Origin: Bacteroidota bacterium
Lineage (GTDB): Bacteria > Bacteroidota > Bacteroidia > Bacteroidales > GCA-2748055
DNA length: 64,000 nucleotides
NCBI GenBank assembly: GCA_043797815.1
Contig: JAZDPG010000107.1
Coordinates: 5,252-69,251 of the forward strand
Direction of reading: 5' to 3'
Below the pieces are notes generated by a model that saw nothing but the letters and a program-made list of their open reading frames with translations, was not told the DNA's origin and did no database searches. Shown piece by piece: positions 20,376-30,493 of the stretch. A program made the translations under genes and the position numbers. Position 1 is the first letter of the stretch; the number at the start of each line of letters is the position of its first letter.

Positions 20376-20524
20376 CAATCTATTAAAGTTACGAACACTT
20401 TTCATAAACTATTTGATTTAATTTAACATGGTTTCGTTGGCTTATGTTTGCCGGGCCGCTCCCTGTGAAAATTTAAGTTATTTTTGCAGGACAACAGCAG
20501 CCCATGCAGATTTAACAGCAGCCC

Positions 20525-21124
20525 ATGCAAATCACCACAGCCGAATTCGTCATCAGCAATACCCGGGTGGACCTCTGCCCCAAAGAGGCCATTCCCGAAT
20601 ACGCCTTTATCGGGCGCTCCAACGTGGGGAAATCCTCGCTGATCAACATGCTGGTGGACCGGAAAAAACTGGCCAAGACCTCCTCTACCCCGGGAAAGAC
20701 ACGCCTGATCAACCACTTTAAAATCAATGATGAGTGGTTCCTGTGCGACCTGCCGGGCTACGGTTATGCCAAGGTTTCCAAAAAAGACCGGGAATCCTTT
20801 GCCAGAATGATCGAAAAGTATGCCACCCTTCGGTCGAACCTGGTCTGCTTTTTTGTGCTGGTGGACGCAAGGCTTCCACCCCAGCAGCTGGACCTGGACT
20901 TTATTGAGTGGCTGGGCGACAACAGGCTGCCCTTTGTGATCGTGCTGACCAAGGTGGATAAGATCAACCAGCGTGAGAAGTCCAAAAACCTGGGACTGCT
21001 CAAAGCAGAGCTTAAAAAGAGCTGGGAGGAACTGCCCCTGATCTTCGAAACCAGCGCCGTGAAAGGCACCGGACGCGACCAGGTGCTGGACTTTATCGAC
21101 CAGACCAACGCCCGGCTGGGCTAG
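20525..21124 (+). CDS. engB: Ribosome biogenesis GTP-binding protein YihA/YsxC
   Basis: GRSNVGKSS, PGKT, DLPGYG, TKVD; TATTTTTG at 20479-20486. Confidence 0.95.
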   Translation: MQITTAEFVISNTRVDLCPKEAIPEYAFIGRSNVGKSSLINMLVDRKKLAKTSSTPGKTRLINHFKINDEWFLCDLPGYGYAKVSKKDRESFARMIEKYATLRSNLVCFFVLVDARLPPQQLDLDFIEWLGDNRLPFVIVLTKVDKINQREKSKNLGLLKAELKKSWEELPLIFETSAVKGTGRDQVLDFIDQTNARLG

Positions 21125-21366
21125 GCGTGTTTCACTGATCCGTCTGCAAAGGTGACCCGCAGGTGGGTCACATGATCAAAGACCGCTTTGTGTCTGGGCC
21201 TCTCCCCTTTGGCGGGATTGCTCTTCTGGATGACAATCCTGAGCGGGGACTGCTTCACCTTTCTGAGCGTGCCGCTTACCCTGCCCCCGTTCTGGTAGGT
21301 GAGCTCCACTTCGGCGATCCGGCCGGGATCCGCAAAGAACTGTTCAATCGCAGGTGTGATATCCAT
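21121..21366 (-). CDS. Small hypothetical protein, possibly an Sm/SH3-like beta-barrel
   Basis: Fills the gap co-directionally after the hydrolase; ATG start; VELTYQNGGRVSGTL pattern. Confidence 0.6.
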   Translation of the reverse strand: MDITPAIEQFFADPGRIAEVELTYQNGGRVSGTLRKVKQSPLRIVIQKSNPAKGERPRHKAVFDHVTHLRVTFADGSVKHA

Positions 21367-21409
21367 GTGTTCGGTTTCCAGGTTATGGTTCAGGTTTCCA
21401 GGTTATGGT

Positions 21410-22222
21410 TCAGGTTCCCAGAAAATAGTTCAGGGTCTTCAGCAACAGGTCGGGCTGCTCGGCGTGGAGCCAGTGCCCGGCTCCCGGAATGGTCACAATC
21501 TCCGCCGCGGGGAAGACCCTGCGGATCAGGTAGTGGTCCTCCGCGCGGATGTAATCGGACTTCCCGCCGGAGATAAACAGGACCGGAAACCCGGTGATCC
21601 CGCCCTTTGCAGCGATCTTCTCCACATCCAGTCCGTCCAGGATCCGGTCCAGGTTCATCCGCAGTGCCGGCAGGTTGATGCGCCAGTGAAATGTCCCGTT
21701 TTTGTCCCGCCGCACATTTTTCAGCAGAAAACTCCGGATCCGCTCCGACCCGATCTTCACACCCAGGGCCTGGTCAATCTCCTCACGGCTCTCCGCACCG
21801 GAAAGATCGAGCTCCAGCATGGCGTCGATCATGCCGCCATGGTCGGCTGCCGAGTGCGATTCAAGGGCCAGCTCATGGTATGCCCTGGGCGCCATGTCCA
21901 CCGATACCAGCGACTGCACCCTGTCGGGCCACTGGGTTGCAAAGAACATGATGGTCTTGGCGCCCATGGAGTGACCGATGAGCACCGCCCGCCCGATCCC
22001 CTCGGCATCCATGAATTTTTTCAGGTCGTCCCGCATGGCGGGGTAGTTGTGGGTGTCCGAATGGGGACTCTGCCCGTGGTTGCGCTGGTCCACCACATAC
22101 ACCTCGAACCGCGATGACAGCTCCCGGGCAATGGTCACCCAGTTGTCCCCCGATCCGTACAAACCATGCACGATGATCAGCGGGGGGCCCGCCTCTCCGT
22201 ATTTTCTGTAAAACAGTTTCAT
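21410..22222 (-). CDS. Alpha/beta hydrolase (YbfF-like esterase)
   Basis: HGLYG, DQRNHG, GHSMG, GHWLHAE. Confidence 0.9.
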   Translation of the reverse strand: MKLFYRKYGEAGPPLIIVHGLYGSGDNWVTIARELSSRFEVYVVDQRNHGQSPHSDTHNYPAMRDDLKKFMDAEGIGRAVLIGHSMGAKTIMFFATQWPDRVQSLVSVDMAPRAYHELALESHSAADHGGMIDAMLELDLSGAESREEIDQALGVKIGSERIRSFLLKNVRRDKNGTFHWRINLPALRMNLDRILDGLDVEKIAAKGGITGFPVLFISGGKSDYIRAEDHYLIRRVFPAAEIVTIPGAGHWLHAEQPDLLLKTLNYFLGT

Positions 22223-22749
22223 CCGTTGTCCGCCTCCATGTACCTGGATGCCAGTTCGGCCACCAGTTCCCTGATGGAATCAAAGGCCCTGGAAGTCTCC
22301 GGGTTGACGGGGGTTTTCTTCAGTTTCAGGATCAGCAGTCCGTACAAGCCGTTCAGTGCCACCTGGATATCGTTCTCCTTCCTGTGCCCCGACCGCATCC
22401 GAAGTGCCTCCAGGTTGGGTTTGGCTTTTTTGTATACCTCCCTGTAAGCCATATCGATGCCCTGCTCCAGGATCCGGTGGTGCATCTCATGCATTTTTCC
22501 GGTGAGGTTTTCCAGGATCCCGAGGTGTCCCGTCTCCTCCCTGCCTTCATCCTGCATCATGGCGATGAGCGACTTGTACCACTCCCGCATCTCCCGCTTC
22601 ACATCGTACGGCACATCAAATTTACTAATCAGGGTGTTCTCGATGCTGTCCAGGTCCAGGTCGTTGGCGCGGATCATGTCCTCGACCTGGTACATGTATA
22701 AGAGGTATTCAGCTATATTTTCGGTTCTTTTTTGTTGAGCGATTATCAT
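22219..22749 (-). CDS. DUF4924-family protein
   Basis: MIIAQQKRTENIAEYLLYMYQVEDMIRA; start re-called at 22749. Confidence 0.75.
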   Translation of the reverse strand: MIIAQQKRTENIAEYLLYMYQVEDMIRANDLDLDSIENTLISKFDVPYDVKREMREWYKSLIAMMQDEGREETGHLGILENLTGKMHEMHHRILEQGIDMAYREVYKKAKPNLEALRMRSGHRKENDIQVALNGLYGLLILKLKKTPVNPETSRAFDSIRELVAELASRYMEADNG

Positions 22750-22815
22750 ATTGAACGAAAGTTTGTAGGGTAGGTGAAAGGATGATGGATAATGGTTAAA
22801 GTAACATGATTTCAT

Positions 22816-23532
22816 TTAGTCGCGGAGCTGGCGGAGGTACATCTGGATGGTGTTCTGGAGCCCGTAATAAAGGGCATCGGCAATGAGGGCGTGACCGATG
22901 GAAACCTCCTTGAGCCAGGGGATCTGCTGTTTCATGTATCGCAGGTTCTCCAGGCTCAGGTCGTGACCGGCATTCAGCTCAAGCCCCAGATCACGTGCCA
23001 GGATGGCCGCATCCACAAAAGGTTTGATGGCCCCGGCCGGGCCGGAAGGGTAAGCCGTCGCATAGGGTTCCGTATAGAGCTCTACCCGGTTGGTTCCCGT
23101 TTTGGCAGCCCCTTCAATAAACTCCGCTTCGGTTCCGACAAATATCGAGGTTCTGATCCCGAGCCTTTGAAACGCCCCGATCACATCCACCAGGAAATCA
23201 TGGTTTTTTACCGTATCCCAGCCGGCCGAAGAGGTAATGGCTTCGGGCGGATCGGGTACCAGGGTAACCTGGTGGGGTTTGATACGGGTAACCAGTTCGA
23301 TAAAAGACTTCGAGGGATACCCCTCAATGTTGAATTCGGTGGTCACAAGCGGCCTGAGCAGCTCCACATCACGGTAGCGGATGTGGCGCTCATCGGGCCT
23401 GGGATGCACCGTGATCCCCTGTGCCCCGAACTGCTCGCAATCCACCGCCACCTTCTGTACATCCGGAACATTCCCGCCCCTGGCATTCCGCAGGGTGGCA
23501 ATCTTGTTGATATTTACACTGAGTTTTGTCAA
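22816..23532 (-). CDS. pdxJ: Pyridoxine 5'-phosphate synthase
   Basis: [38 protein letters not shown]; TTG start directly after TAAATTTG (23540-23547). Confidence 0.95.
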   Translation of the reverse strand: MTKLSVNINKIATLRNARGGNVPDVQKVAVDCEQFGAQGITVHPRPDERHIRYRDVELLRPLVTTEFNIEGYPSKSFIELVTRIKPHQVTLVPDPPEAITSSAGWDTVKNHDFLVDVIGAFQRLGIRTSIFVGTEAEFIEGAAKTGTNRVELYTEPYATAYPSGPAGAIKPFVDAAILARDLGLELNAGHDLSLENLRYMKQQIPWLKEVSIGHALIADALYYGLQNTIQMYLRQLRD

Positions 23533-23544
23533 ACCGGCACAAAT

Positions 23545-23946
23545 TTACAGCTTTATTTCTAACAAATCCTGTCCGAAGTCATGCAGTGCCCGTTCAATTT
23601 TTCTTGACTGTTTATTACTTGGTGTTTTAATCCCCAGTGCATATTGACTGATCAGGCTTTGATTCATCCCTGTTAATCTGGAAATACCTGATTTTGTCAG
23701 TACTCCCGAAAACCACTCGAACAGAGTTTCAACATCCATCTTATAAGTCAGTTCAAATTCCCCATTGAAACTCTCTGGAATGACCTGGTTTTCAATTCGC
23801 ATTCCTTCAAGGTGAAACTCCACTGCTTCCTTGATCGTGTTCTTCACCTCTGCAATTGTATTACCAGTTGATATACAGCCAGGTAGATCGGGCAAATAAG
23901 CCGAGTATCCACTGTTTGTTTTTTCTAACACCACCGTACTTTTCAT
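23545..23946 (-). CDS. hicB: HicB-family antitoxin with C-terminal HTH
   Basis: YSAYLPDLPGCISTG..I.E...EAVEFHLEG; low GC. Confidence 0.88.
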   Translation of the reverse strand: MKSTVVLEKTNSGYSAYLPDLPGCISTGNTIAEVKNTIKEAVEFHLEGMRIENQVIPESFNGEFELTYKMDVETLFEWFSGVLTKSGISRLTGMNQSLISQYALGIKTPSNKQSRKIERALHDFGQDLLEIKL

Positions 23947-23961
23947 AATATACTTTTACAT

Positions 23962-24147
23962 TTATTTCAATCCTGCCTGTCTCAGTACACTTTGAAGCGT
24001 CCCTTTTTTCATTTCGTCGGAAGGTTTTCCAGACACAGTAACCAACCCCCTCTTATCCGGGTGTTTGAATTGACGGTGACTGCCTTTTATCCTGACCAAT
24101 TTCCATCCATCGTTATGAAGGAGGTTTATAACTTGTTCAATTTTCAT
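23962..24147 (-). CDS. hicA: HicA-family mRNA interferase toxin
   Basis: DGWKLVRIKGSHRQFKHP...GTLQSVLRQAGL. Confidence 0.92.
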   Translation of the reverse strand: MKIEQVINLLHNDGWKLVRIKGSHRQFKHPDKRGLVTVSGKPSDEMKKGTLQSVLRQAGLK

Positions 24148-24205
24148 ATTCTTTGATCACTGTATTACCATACCAAAGAACATCCGGAAAGAACGACATA
24201 GAACA

Positions 24206-24260
24206 CAAAAGTAATATTTCTGTTACTTTTTACAAAGTAAAAGTAATATTTCTGTTACTT
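24206..24260 (-). promoter_or_regulatory. hicAB promoter (TTTG-N19-TACTTTTG) overlapped by two palindromic operators
   Basis: -33 at 24233-24236, -7 at 24206-24213; AAAAGTAA-N8-TTACTT(TT) at 24207 and 24239. Confidence 0.8.
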
Positions 24261-24314
24261 CTAAGTTCGAAGGATTACATAGCCAGATGCTCTTCTGGCC
24301 ATTAATGGATTGGA

Positions 24315-24899
24315 TCAGCCAATGATCAGCTCATCCAGGCTGCGCTTGGGGACGTGGTGAACGCCGTTTTCGTCGCGCCAGTAACGGATATCGCCGCCCT
24401 TCATGTCACCGCCCCGTTTGACTTTATCGATAACCACCTTCTCGGCGGGTTTTCCCAGGGCCAGTACCTGGATGATTTTGTAACGATCGTCCAGTTTCAG
24501 AAGGCTGCGAAGCTTTTCGCGCTGAACCGATCCGACGATACACCCCCCGAAGCCCTGCTCCACGGCGGTCAGCAGCATGCTCTGGGCGGCAATGCCGTCA
24601 TCGCACCACCAGTCGTCCGTCAGATCCAGATCCCCCAGCTGCACAATATAGGCAGAGGGCCTCTCCCCTTCAGCCGGGCCGGGCCACTCCTTCAGGTACC
24701 CGGCCCAGGCCAGGGTGTGAAAGATCTTCTCACAATCGGATGCATTGTTGAACAGCATGTAGCGCAGCGGCTGCATGTTCCGGGCCGATCCCGACAGCCG
24801 GGCCGCCTCCACCATCTCCCTGAGCAACGACATGGGAACGATCACCGACTGGTCAAAGCGTCGGTAGGAGCGGTTCTTGAGAATCAAATCTTTGAGCAT
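24315..24899 (-). CDS. Nitroreductase family protein
   Basis: NRSYRRF, SARNMQPL, DDGIAAQ, ALGKPAE, HHVPKR. Confidence 0.88.
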   Translation of the reverse strand: MLKDLILKNRSYRRFDQSVIVPMSLLREMVEAARLSGSARNMQPLRYMLFNNASDCEKIFHTLAWAGYLKEWPGPAEGERPSAYIVQLGDLDLTDDWWCDDGIAAQSMLLTAVEQGFGGCIVGSVQREKLRSLLKLDDRYKIIQVLALGKPAEKVVIDKVKRGGDMKGGDIRYWRDENGVHHVPKRSLDELIIG

Positions 24900-24987
24900 G
24901 GCAATATTGGTATTGTACGTGGAATTTATCGAAATATAATGGTTATTGTTTTATTCTGCTGGTGTGTTGGTGTGTTATTCAGATATT

Positions 24988-25045
24988 CACCAACCCAACC
25001 CCATAATAACCCAACCCCTCACCAACCCAACCCCTAATAACCAAC
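24988..25045. repeat. 3 x 16-bp-period C-rich repeat (CCCAACCCC-N7); G-rich on the - strand
   Basis: C runs at 24994, 24999, 25010, 25015, 25026, 25031. Confidence 0.75.
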
Positions 25046-25061
25046 AACAAATATTCTCCAA

Positions 25062-25625
25062 CTATTTGTTGTTATACGCCGTCATCGTCTGTTGAAGACC
25101 GGTCACCCCGAAGGATTTGATGATCTCCCCGGCCATCTCAATCCGTTCGGGCAAAACCTTCTCCTGTTCAGCGGTCCAGCCACCCAGCACATAATCCACC
25201 TGTTGTCCGGGATGGAAGTCGTTGCCGATCCCGAAGCGGAGGCGGGCATAGCCGCTGGTGCCCAGGATGGTACTGATGTGGGCCAGTCCGTTGTGGCCGG
25301 CATCTCCCCCCTTGGCCCGCAGGCGCAGGGTTCCGAAGGGAAGGGCAATGTCATCCACCACCACGATCAGGTTTTCAATGGGGAGTTTCAGCTTGTTGAG
25401 CCAGTAGCGGACAGCATTACCGCTCAGGTTTACATAGGTGGAGGGTTTCAGGAGCCAGTAAGAACGGGCACGGTATTTCATTTCACCCACAAACCCGTAA
25501 CGCCTGTCCTTAAAAGCAGTATTGGACACCCCGGCAAGGGCATCCAATACATCAAATCCTATGTTGTGACGCGTATGTGCGTACTCGTTTCCTATGTTTC
25601 CCAATCCTGCTACCAGGTATTTCAT
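25062..25625 (-). CDS. pth: Peptidyl-tRNA hydrolase
   Basis: GLGNIG...[29 protein letters not shown]. Confidence 0.96.
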   Translation of the reverse strand: MKYLVAGLGNIGNEYAHTRHNIGFDVLDALAGVSNTAFKDRRYGFVGEMKYRARSYWLLKPSTYVNLSGNAVRYWLNKLKLPIENLIVVVDDIALPFGTLRLRAKGGDAGHNGLAHISTILGTSGYARLRFGIGNDFHPGQQVDYVLGGWTAEQEKVLPERIEMAGEIIKSFGVTGLQQTMTAYNNK

Positions 25626-25639
25626 AGGATTGTAAGGGG

Positions 25640-26296
25640 TTAATCTTCGCTGGATTCCTCATCTGAGGCAGCCTGAGCAGCAGGTGCTGCAGCAGTGGCT
25701 GCACCTTCAGCTGCCTCCTTGGCTTCAGCTTCTCCCATCTCCATCCCCTTGCTAATACGCGAGGATACAATGGAATAAATCATAGAGCGGAAAGGATCCA
25801 GAATCTCCAGGTTGTCGTAAGAGAGGTCTCCGATCTTAATCACATCCCCGATGGCCACATTGGTAATGTCGATTTCGAGCGCATCGGGAAGGTTGGCAAG
25901 CAGTCCGCGCACCTTCAGCACACGCCTTCTCTGGCGGGGCTTTCCACCATCTTTCAAACCAATTGCCGCACCCGTCAGACGGATGGGAATTTCAACGGTT
26001 ACCGGCCTGTCATCAAATACCTCCACAAAATCGATGTGGCTCAGTTTGTCGGTTACGGGGTGGAACTGCAGTTCCTTCATGACAGCTTTGTGAATACCAC
26101 CGTTGATTTTTACCTCAACCAGATACGCATTGTGGGTATAAACAATGTGCCTGAAGTCATTTTCGTGGGCATGGAAGTGGATCACTTCGGCTCCGCCGTA
26201 CATGACACATGGAACATGGTTGACTTTCCTCAGTTCGCGGGTCGATTTCTTACCCAGTTCGGTGCGCATTTCTGCGCTGATTGTAATTGTTTTCAT
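25640..26296 (-). CDS. rplY: 50S ribosomal protein L25/Ctc
   Basis: [28 protein letters not shown]; own -7 element TACATTTG at 26379-26386. Confidence 0.95.
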   Translation of the reverse strand: MKTITISAEMRTELGKKSTRELRKVNHVPCVMYGGAEVIHFHAHENDFRHIVYTHNAYLVEVKINGGIHKAVMKELQFHPVTDKLSHIDFVEVFDDRPVTVEIPIRLTGAAIGLKDGGKPRQRRRVLKVRGLLANLPDALEIDITNVAIGDVIKIGDLSYDNLEILDPFRSMIYSIVSSRISKGMEMGEAEAKEAAEGAATAAAPAAQAASDEESSED

Positions 26297-26391
26297 TGTA
26301 TTGTGCTACTCAGAATTAAATTGAACGTTAATTCCCCATCACACGGTGGGAAAATATGCCATTTTGGCAAAGCGGCTGCAAATGTAATGAA

Positions 26392-27330
26392 TTAATTCAG
26401 AAAAGTATCGCTGATGGATTTAAAATTGTAGACCTTGTCGATCACATCAGCAAAATGTGCGGCCACCGACAGTACCTTGATCTTTTTACTCTTTCGGCTC
26501 AGAGGAATGGTATCGGTCACAATCACCTCATCGATGGGCGACTGTTCGATCCGCTCGTAAGCAGGTCCCGAAAGTACCGGGTGTGTGGCCACCACCCTTA
26601 CGCTGGCGGCCCCCTCGCTCTTCATCATGCCTGCGGCAAAGGTGATGGTTCCGGCCGTATCCACCATGTCATCCACGATCACGATGTTCTTTCCCTCCAT
26701 GTCCCCGATGGCCTTGATCTCCTCCACCACATTGGGTTTCTTGCGAAGCTTGTAGCAAATCACCATGGAGGCATTCAAAAAACGTGAGTAAGCGTTGGCC
26801 CTTTTGGTCCCGCCCATGTCGGGTGCGGCAATGGCCAGGTTTTCAAGCCCCAGGCCCTGTATGTAAGGAACAAACAGGGAAGATGCATAGAGGTGGTCCA
26901 CCGGTACATCGAAAAATCCCTGCAGCTGATCGGCATGCAGATCCATGGTCATGATCCGGTCCACACCGGCAGCGGTGAGCAGGTTGGCCACCAGCTTGGC
27001 CCCGATGGCCGCGCGGGGACGGTCCTTGCGGTCCTGCCTTGCAAACCCGAAATAAGGGATCACGGCCACCACTTTATCGGCCGATGCACGCTTGGCCGCA
27101 TCCACCATCATCAGCAGTTCAATCAGATTGTCGCCCGGGGGGAATGTGCTCTGAACGATGAATACCGTACAACCCCTTACGCTCTCATCATAAGCAGGCT
27201 GAAACTCACCGTCACTGAACTGGTAAACACTGGTTCTTCCCAGTGGAGTACCGAATTTGGTAGCAATCTCCTCGGCCAAATAGGTGGAAGCTCTTCCTGA
27301 AAAAAACTTGATAGGTGCAATCCTGTCCAT
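26392..27330 (-). CDS. prs: Ribose-phosphate pyrophosphokinase
   Basis: FSDGE, PYFGFARQDRK, DLHA, APDMGG, VDDMVDTAGT. Confidence 0.96.
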   Translation of the reverse strand: MDRIAPIKFFSGRASTYLAEEIATKFGTPLGRTSVYQFSDGEFQPAYDESVRGCTVFIVQSTFPPGDNLIELLMMVDAAKRASADKVVAVIPYFGFARQDRKDRPRAAIGAKLVANLLTAAGVDRIMTMDLHADQLQGFFDVPVDHLYASSLFVPYIQGLGLENLAIAAPDMGGTKRANAYSRFLNASMVICYKLRKKPNVVEEIKAIGDMEGKNIVIVDDMVDTAGTITFAAGMMKSEGAASVRVVATHPVLSGPAYERIEQSPIDEVIVTDTIPLSRKSKKIKVLSVAAHFADVIDKVYNFKSISDTFLN

Positions 27331-27456
27331 GTGCCTGCAAAAATAAGAATATTTTAGATGACCCGACCGGCCTGCTTAACAATTTTTTAAAGTGAACAAT
27401 ATGTTAAAATGCTTGTTATTTAGAATTAGAACAAATAATCTAAACCGAAACCACAA

Positions 27457-28170
27457 ATGGCAGAAAAATTCCCCACAGTTCTGCTGGTTGAAGACGACCA
27501 ACAACTGGGACCCATGCTGAAGGATTCGCTCGGACTGAAGAATTACCAAGTGGACCTGGAGACAAGGGGTGACAGAGCCCTGCAGCTTTTCCAGGCTGAG
27601 AAATACGATGTTATGTTGCTGGACGTGGCGTTGCCCGGAATGAGCGGACTGGACCTGGCCAAAGAGATCCGCAAAACAGATTACAAAACTCCCATCCTTT
27701 TCATGTCGGCCAAAGACGAAGACAAGGACATGATCTACGCCTTTTGTGCGGGTGGCGATGATTATATCGTCAAGCCTTTCAGTGTCACCGAACTGGCCCT
27801 GCGGATGTATGCATTGCTGCGGCGAACCAGACCTGCCCCGCAGGACGATCTCATTCCGGAGACCCTGAAGTTCGGGACCTTCACTTTTGATTATCCCAAC
27901 CGGATGCTCTGTTCACCGGTTGACCAGGTGAACCTTACCAAGAAAGAGGCCGAAGTGCTCCGCATGCTGGCATCCAACGTGAACAGCGTGGTGAAGCGCG
28001 AAAAGGTGCTCACCGACATTTGGGGAGAGAACGACTACTTCATGGGACGGAGCATGGATGTTTACATCGCTCGGCTGAGAAAGATACTGTCGCCGGACAA
28101 GAACGTCTCCATCGTGAACGTGCACCGCATGGGCTTCAAGCTGGAAGTGAGCGGCAGCGCGGCAATCTGA
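27457..28170 (+). CDS. OmpR-family response regulator with no adjacent kinase
   Basis: LVEDD, LLDVALPG, DDYIVKPF, winged HTH RSMDVYIARLRK. Confidence 0.92.
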   Translation: MAEKFPTVLLVEDDQQLGPMLKDSLGLKNYQVDLETRGDRALQLFQAEKYDVMLLDVALPGMSGLDLAKEIRKTDYKTPILFMSAKDEDKDMIYAFCAGGDDYIVKPFSVTELALRMYALLRRTRPAPQDDLIPETLKFGTFTFDYPNRMLCSPVDQVNLTKKEAEVLRMLASNVNSVVKREKVLTDIWGENDYFMGRSMDVYIARLRKILSPDKNVSIVNVHRMGFKLEVSGSAAI

Positions 28171-28341
28171 GCCAGCCCGGATAATGCCGGAGACCTGGAA
28201 ACACTGAGTATTCCTAGATTCCCGATGATGCAGTTCCTGTCCCTGGCAGGGAGTTGATCTCCAACAATCCAAATCAGACTCCAAGATAGATGTGATGAAT
28301 TCTATTTTATCAGCTATTTTTACATGTTTAGAATTGGATCG

Positions 28342-29136
28342 ATGAACTATAAAGACAAGACCATCTGGATCACCGGAGCATCGTCGGGGATTGGTGCCGC
28401 ACTGGCACGGCAATTTGCTGGTGAAGGTGCCAGGGTGATCATCTCCTCCCACGAGGCCGAAGAGCTGGAGGGAGTCCGAAAAGCGCTCGAGGCGGTTTCA
28501 AAGGATGTACACTGCGTGGTATTCAACCTGGGCAATCCGGATGAGGTGAAGGCCACGGCCGGTCGCGTTCTGAAGGAATTCGGAAGGGTGGACGTGCTCA
28601 TGAACAACGGCGGTATCTCCACGCGGGCCGAAGCGCTGGAGACCCCCCTTGAGATGGACCGGAGGGTCATGGAGATCGACTATTTCAGCGGGGTAATCCT
28701 GGCCAAGGCCCTGTTGCCGGGGATGATCGAAAACGGATACGGGCACATCGGGGTGACCAGCACCATCTCGGGAAAGTTCGGATGGCCCCTTCGAAGCTCC
28801 TACGCCGCTGCCAAACATGCCCTGTTCGGGTTCTACAAAAGCCTCTGGGCCGAGAACAGCCGGAAAGGGATCCGTGTCACCATTTTCAGCCCGGGCCGCG
28901 TACAGACCAACATCTCCCTCCATGCGCTGGAAAAGGACGGGAGGGAACATGGGAAAATGGATCCGGGCCAGGCCAAAGGAATTACAGCTGAGGCTTGTGC
29001 CCGAAGAATGATCCGGGCCATGAAACGGAACCGCAAGGATGTGCTGGTGGGCGGATCCGAGCTGGTGATGGTCTGGATCCATAAATACTGCAAACCACTG
29101 TATTACAGGCTCGTGAACCGGGTCTCTGCGAACTAG
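28342..29136 (+). CDS. SDR family oxidoreductase
   Basis: TGASSGIG, NNGG, YAAAK; start probably ATG 28342. Confidence 0.9.
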   Translation: MNYKDKTIWITGASSGIGAALARQFAGEGARVIISSHEAEELEGVRKALEAVSKDVHCVVFNLGNPDEVKATAGRVLKEFGRVDVLMNNGGISTRAEALETPLEMDRRVMEIDYFSGVILAKALLPGMIENGYGHIGVTSTISGKFGWPLRSSYAAAKHALFGFYKSLWAENSRKGIRVTIFSPGRVQTNISLHALEKDGREHGKMDPGQAKGITAEACARRMIRAMKRNRKDVLVGGSELVMVWIHKYCKPLYYRLVNRVSAN

Positions 29137-29174
29137 CCAAGATTTTCCTGTCATTTGGTGCGATCTGAAGGGGG

Positions 29175-29309
29175 GGTATCACATCAACGTTTGTTGGTGA
29201 TGGTGTTACATCAACATTTGTTGGTGATGGTGTTACAGCGACATCTGTTGGTGATGGTGTCACAGCGACATCTGTAGGTGATGGTGTCACAGCGACATCT
29301 GTTGGTGAT
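29175..29309. repeat. 5 x 27-bp tandem repeat GGTGTyACAkCrACATyTGTTGGTGAT
   Basis: Copies at 29175, 29202, 29229, 29256, 29283, with no spacers. Confidence 0.92.
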
Positions 29310-29430
29310 GGCATCATTTGATGGTATCACAATGGCATCACATTGAAGTGGAGCACAGCCGATGACATCATCACGCTCCAAAACGATACTATCATTCGAT
29401 GGCATCACCAACAACCTGGAATGTCAATAC

Positions 29431-29560
29431 CCCTGCCAATAAAATGAACCTGGGCCCGATCCATACCAACAACATACAACTGAACTCAAACGCTGCCAAC
29501 AACATACAACACCAATAAAATCCTGCCAACCACATGAAACTGAACCACGCCCCTACAGGC
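29431..29560 (+). repeat. Degenerate 30-bp-period repeat running into the Fic start codon
   Basis: ccTGCCAAy-mAmAT units at 29431, 29461, 29491, 29521. Confidence 0.6.
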
Positions 29561-30493
29561 AAGATTTTAAACCTGACCGCAACTGTCTCAGAACAGCTTG
29601 GGGAATTGATCGCATTGCAGCCGGAAAATGTGCATCCCGAATCCAGGAAACAGGCCAGAATTGACTCCATTCATGCCACGATGCAGCTGGAAGGAAAGCT
29701 CCTCTCCCGTGAAAAGACTGCCGAAGCCGTGGGAGGATTTTATGTGGATGGACCCAGGACCAGGTTGCTGGAGGTTTCCAACCTGATCAATGTTTATAAC
29801 GGGCTGTACAAGACCAACCCCCGGAACCAGGATTCATTGCTGTCCACCCAGAAAAAAATGGCCATCGGGCTGGAAGACGATGCGGGCCAGTACAGGACCA
29901 CTGAATTATGGATCTTCAGGGGCCGGAATATCATCGGCATGGCACCATCGCCCGGTGAGATCGCCGGTTTCATGAATGAACTTTTTGATTTACTCAGCAA
30001 GAAGGACGAACATATCTTTATTAAAGCCTGCACAGCGCACTTCATCCTGGAATCAATCCAACCGTTCTCCGGTTTTAACGGAATGATGGGCAGGCTCTGG
30101 CAGACCCTGCTGCTGATGAAGGTATATCCCATGTTTGAATTCCTTCCTTACGAAAAACAGATCCTTCAAAATCCCAAAGCGTACCACAGGGCCCTGGCGG
30201 GAAGTGAGGCCGCAGGCCATCCGGCTGAATTCATCGAATATATGTTACAGGTGATCACCGGAGCATTAAAAGAATACGATGGTTGGAGAAAAAAATCCCT
30301 GTCACCGTCCGATCGTATCCTCTATTTTCATAAACTTGGCATGCCGTCTTTTACACGGAGGGACTACATGAAGGTGAACAGGAACATCTCAACCGCAACT
30401 GCAAGCCGCGACCTGGAAAAGGGAGTGGATGCAGGTTTATTCCGGAAGAGCGGAATCGGGAACGCAACCATCTACACATGGCAAAAACCGTAA
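29534..30493 (+). CDS. Fic-family protein with degenerate active site and C-terminal HTH
   Basis: SIHATMQLEG; motif reads QPFSGFNGMMGR instead of HPFxDGNGRxxR; ISTATASRDL HTH. Confidence 0.8.
   Translation: MKLNHAPTGKILNLTATVSEQLGELIALQPENVHPESRKQARIDSIHATMQLEGKLLSREKTAEAVGGFYVDGPRTRLLEVSNLINVYNGLYKTNPRNQDSLLSTQKKMAIGLEDDAGQYRTTELWIFRGRNIIGMAPSPGEIAGFMNELFDLLSKKDEHIFIKACTAHFILESIQPFSGFNGMMGRLWQTLLLMKVYPMFEFLPYEKQILQNPKAYHRALAGSEAAGHPAEFIEYMLQVITGALKEYDGWRKKSLSPSDRILYFHKLGMPSFTRRDYMKVNRNISTATASRDLEKGVDAGLFRKSGIGNATIYTWQKP

Noticed and set aside
29175-29309. CRISPR array (also considered for 31345-31505 and 50879-51300)
   Set aside because: Units are directly adjacent with no unique spacers, and no cas genes are in the window
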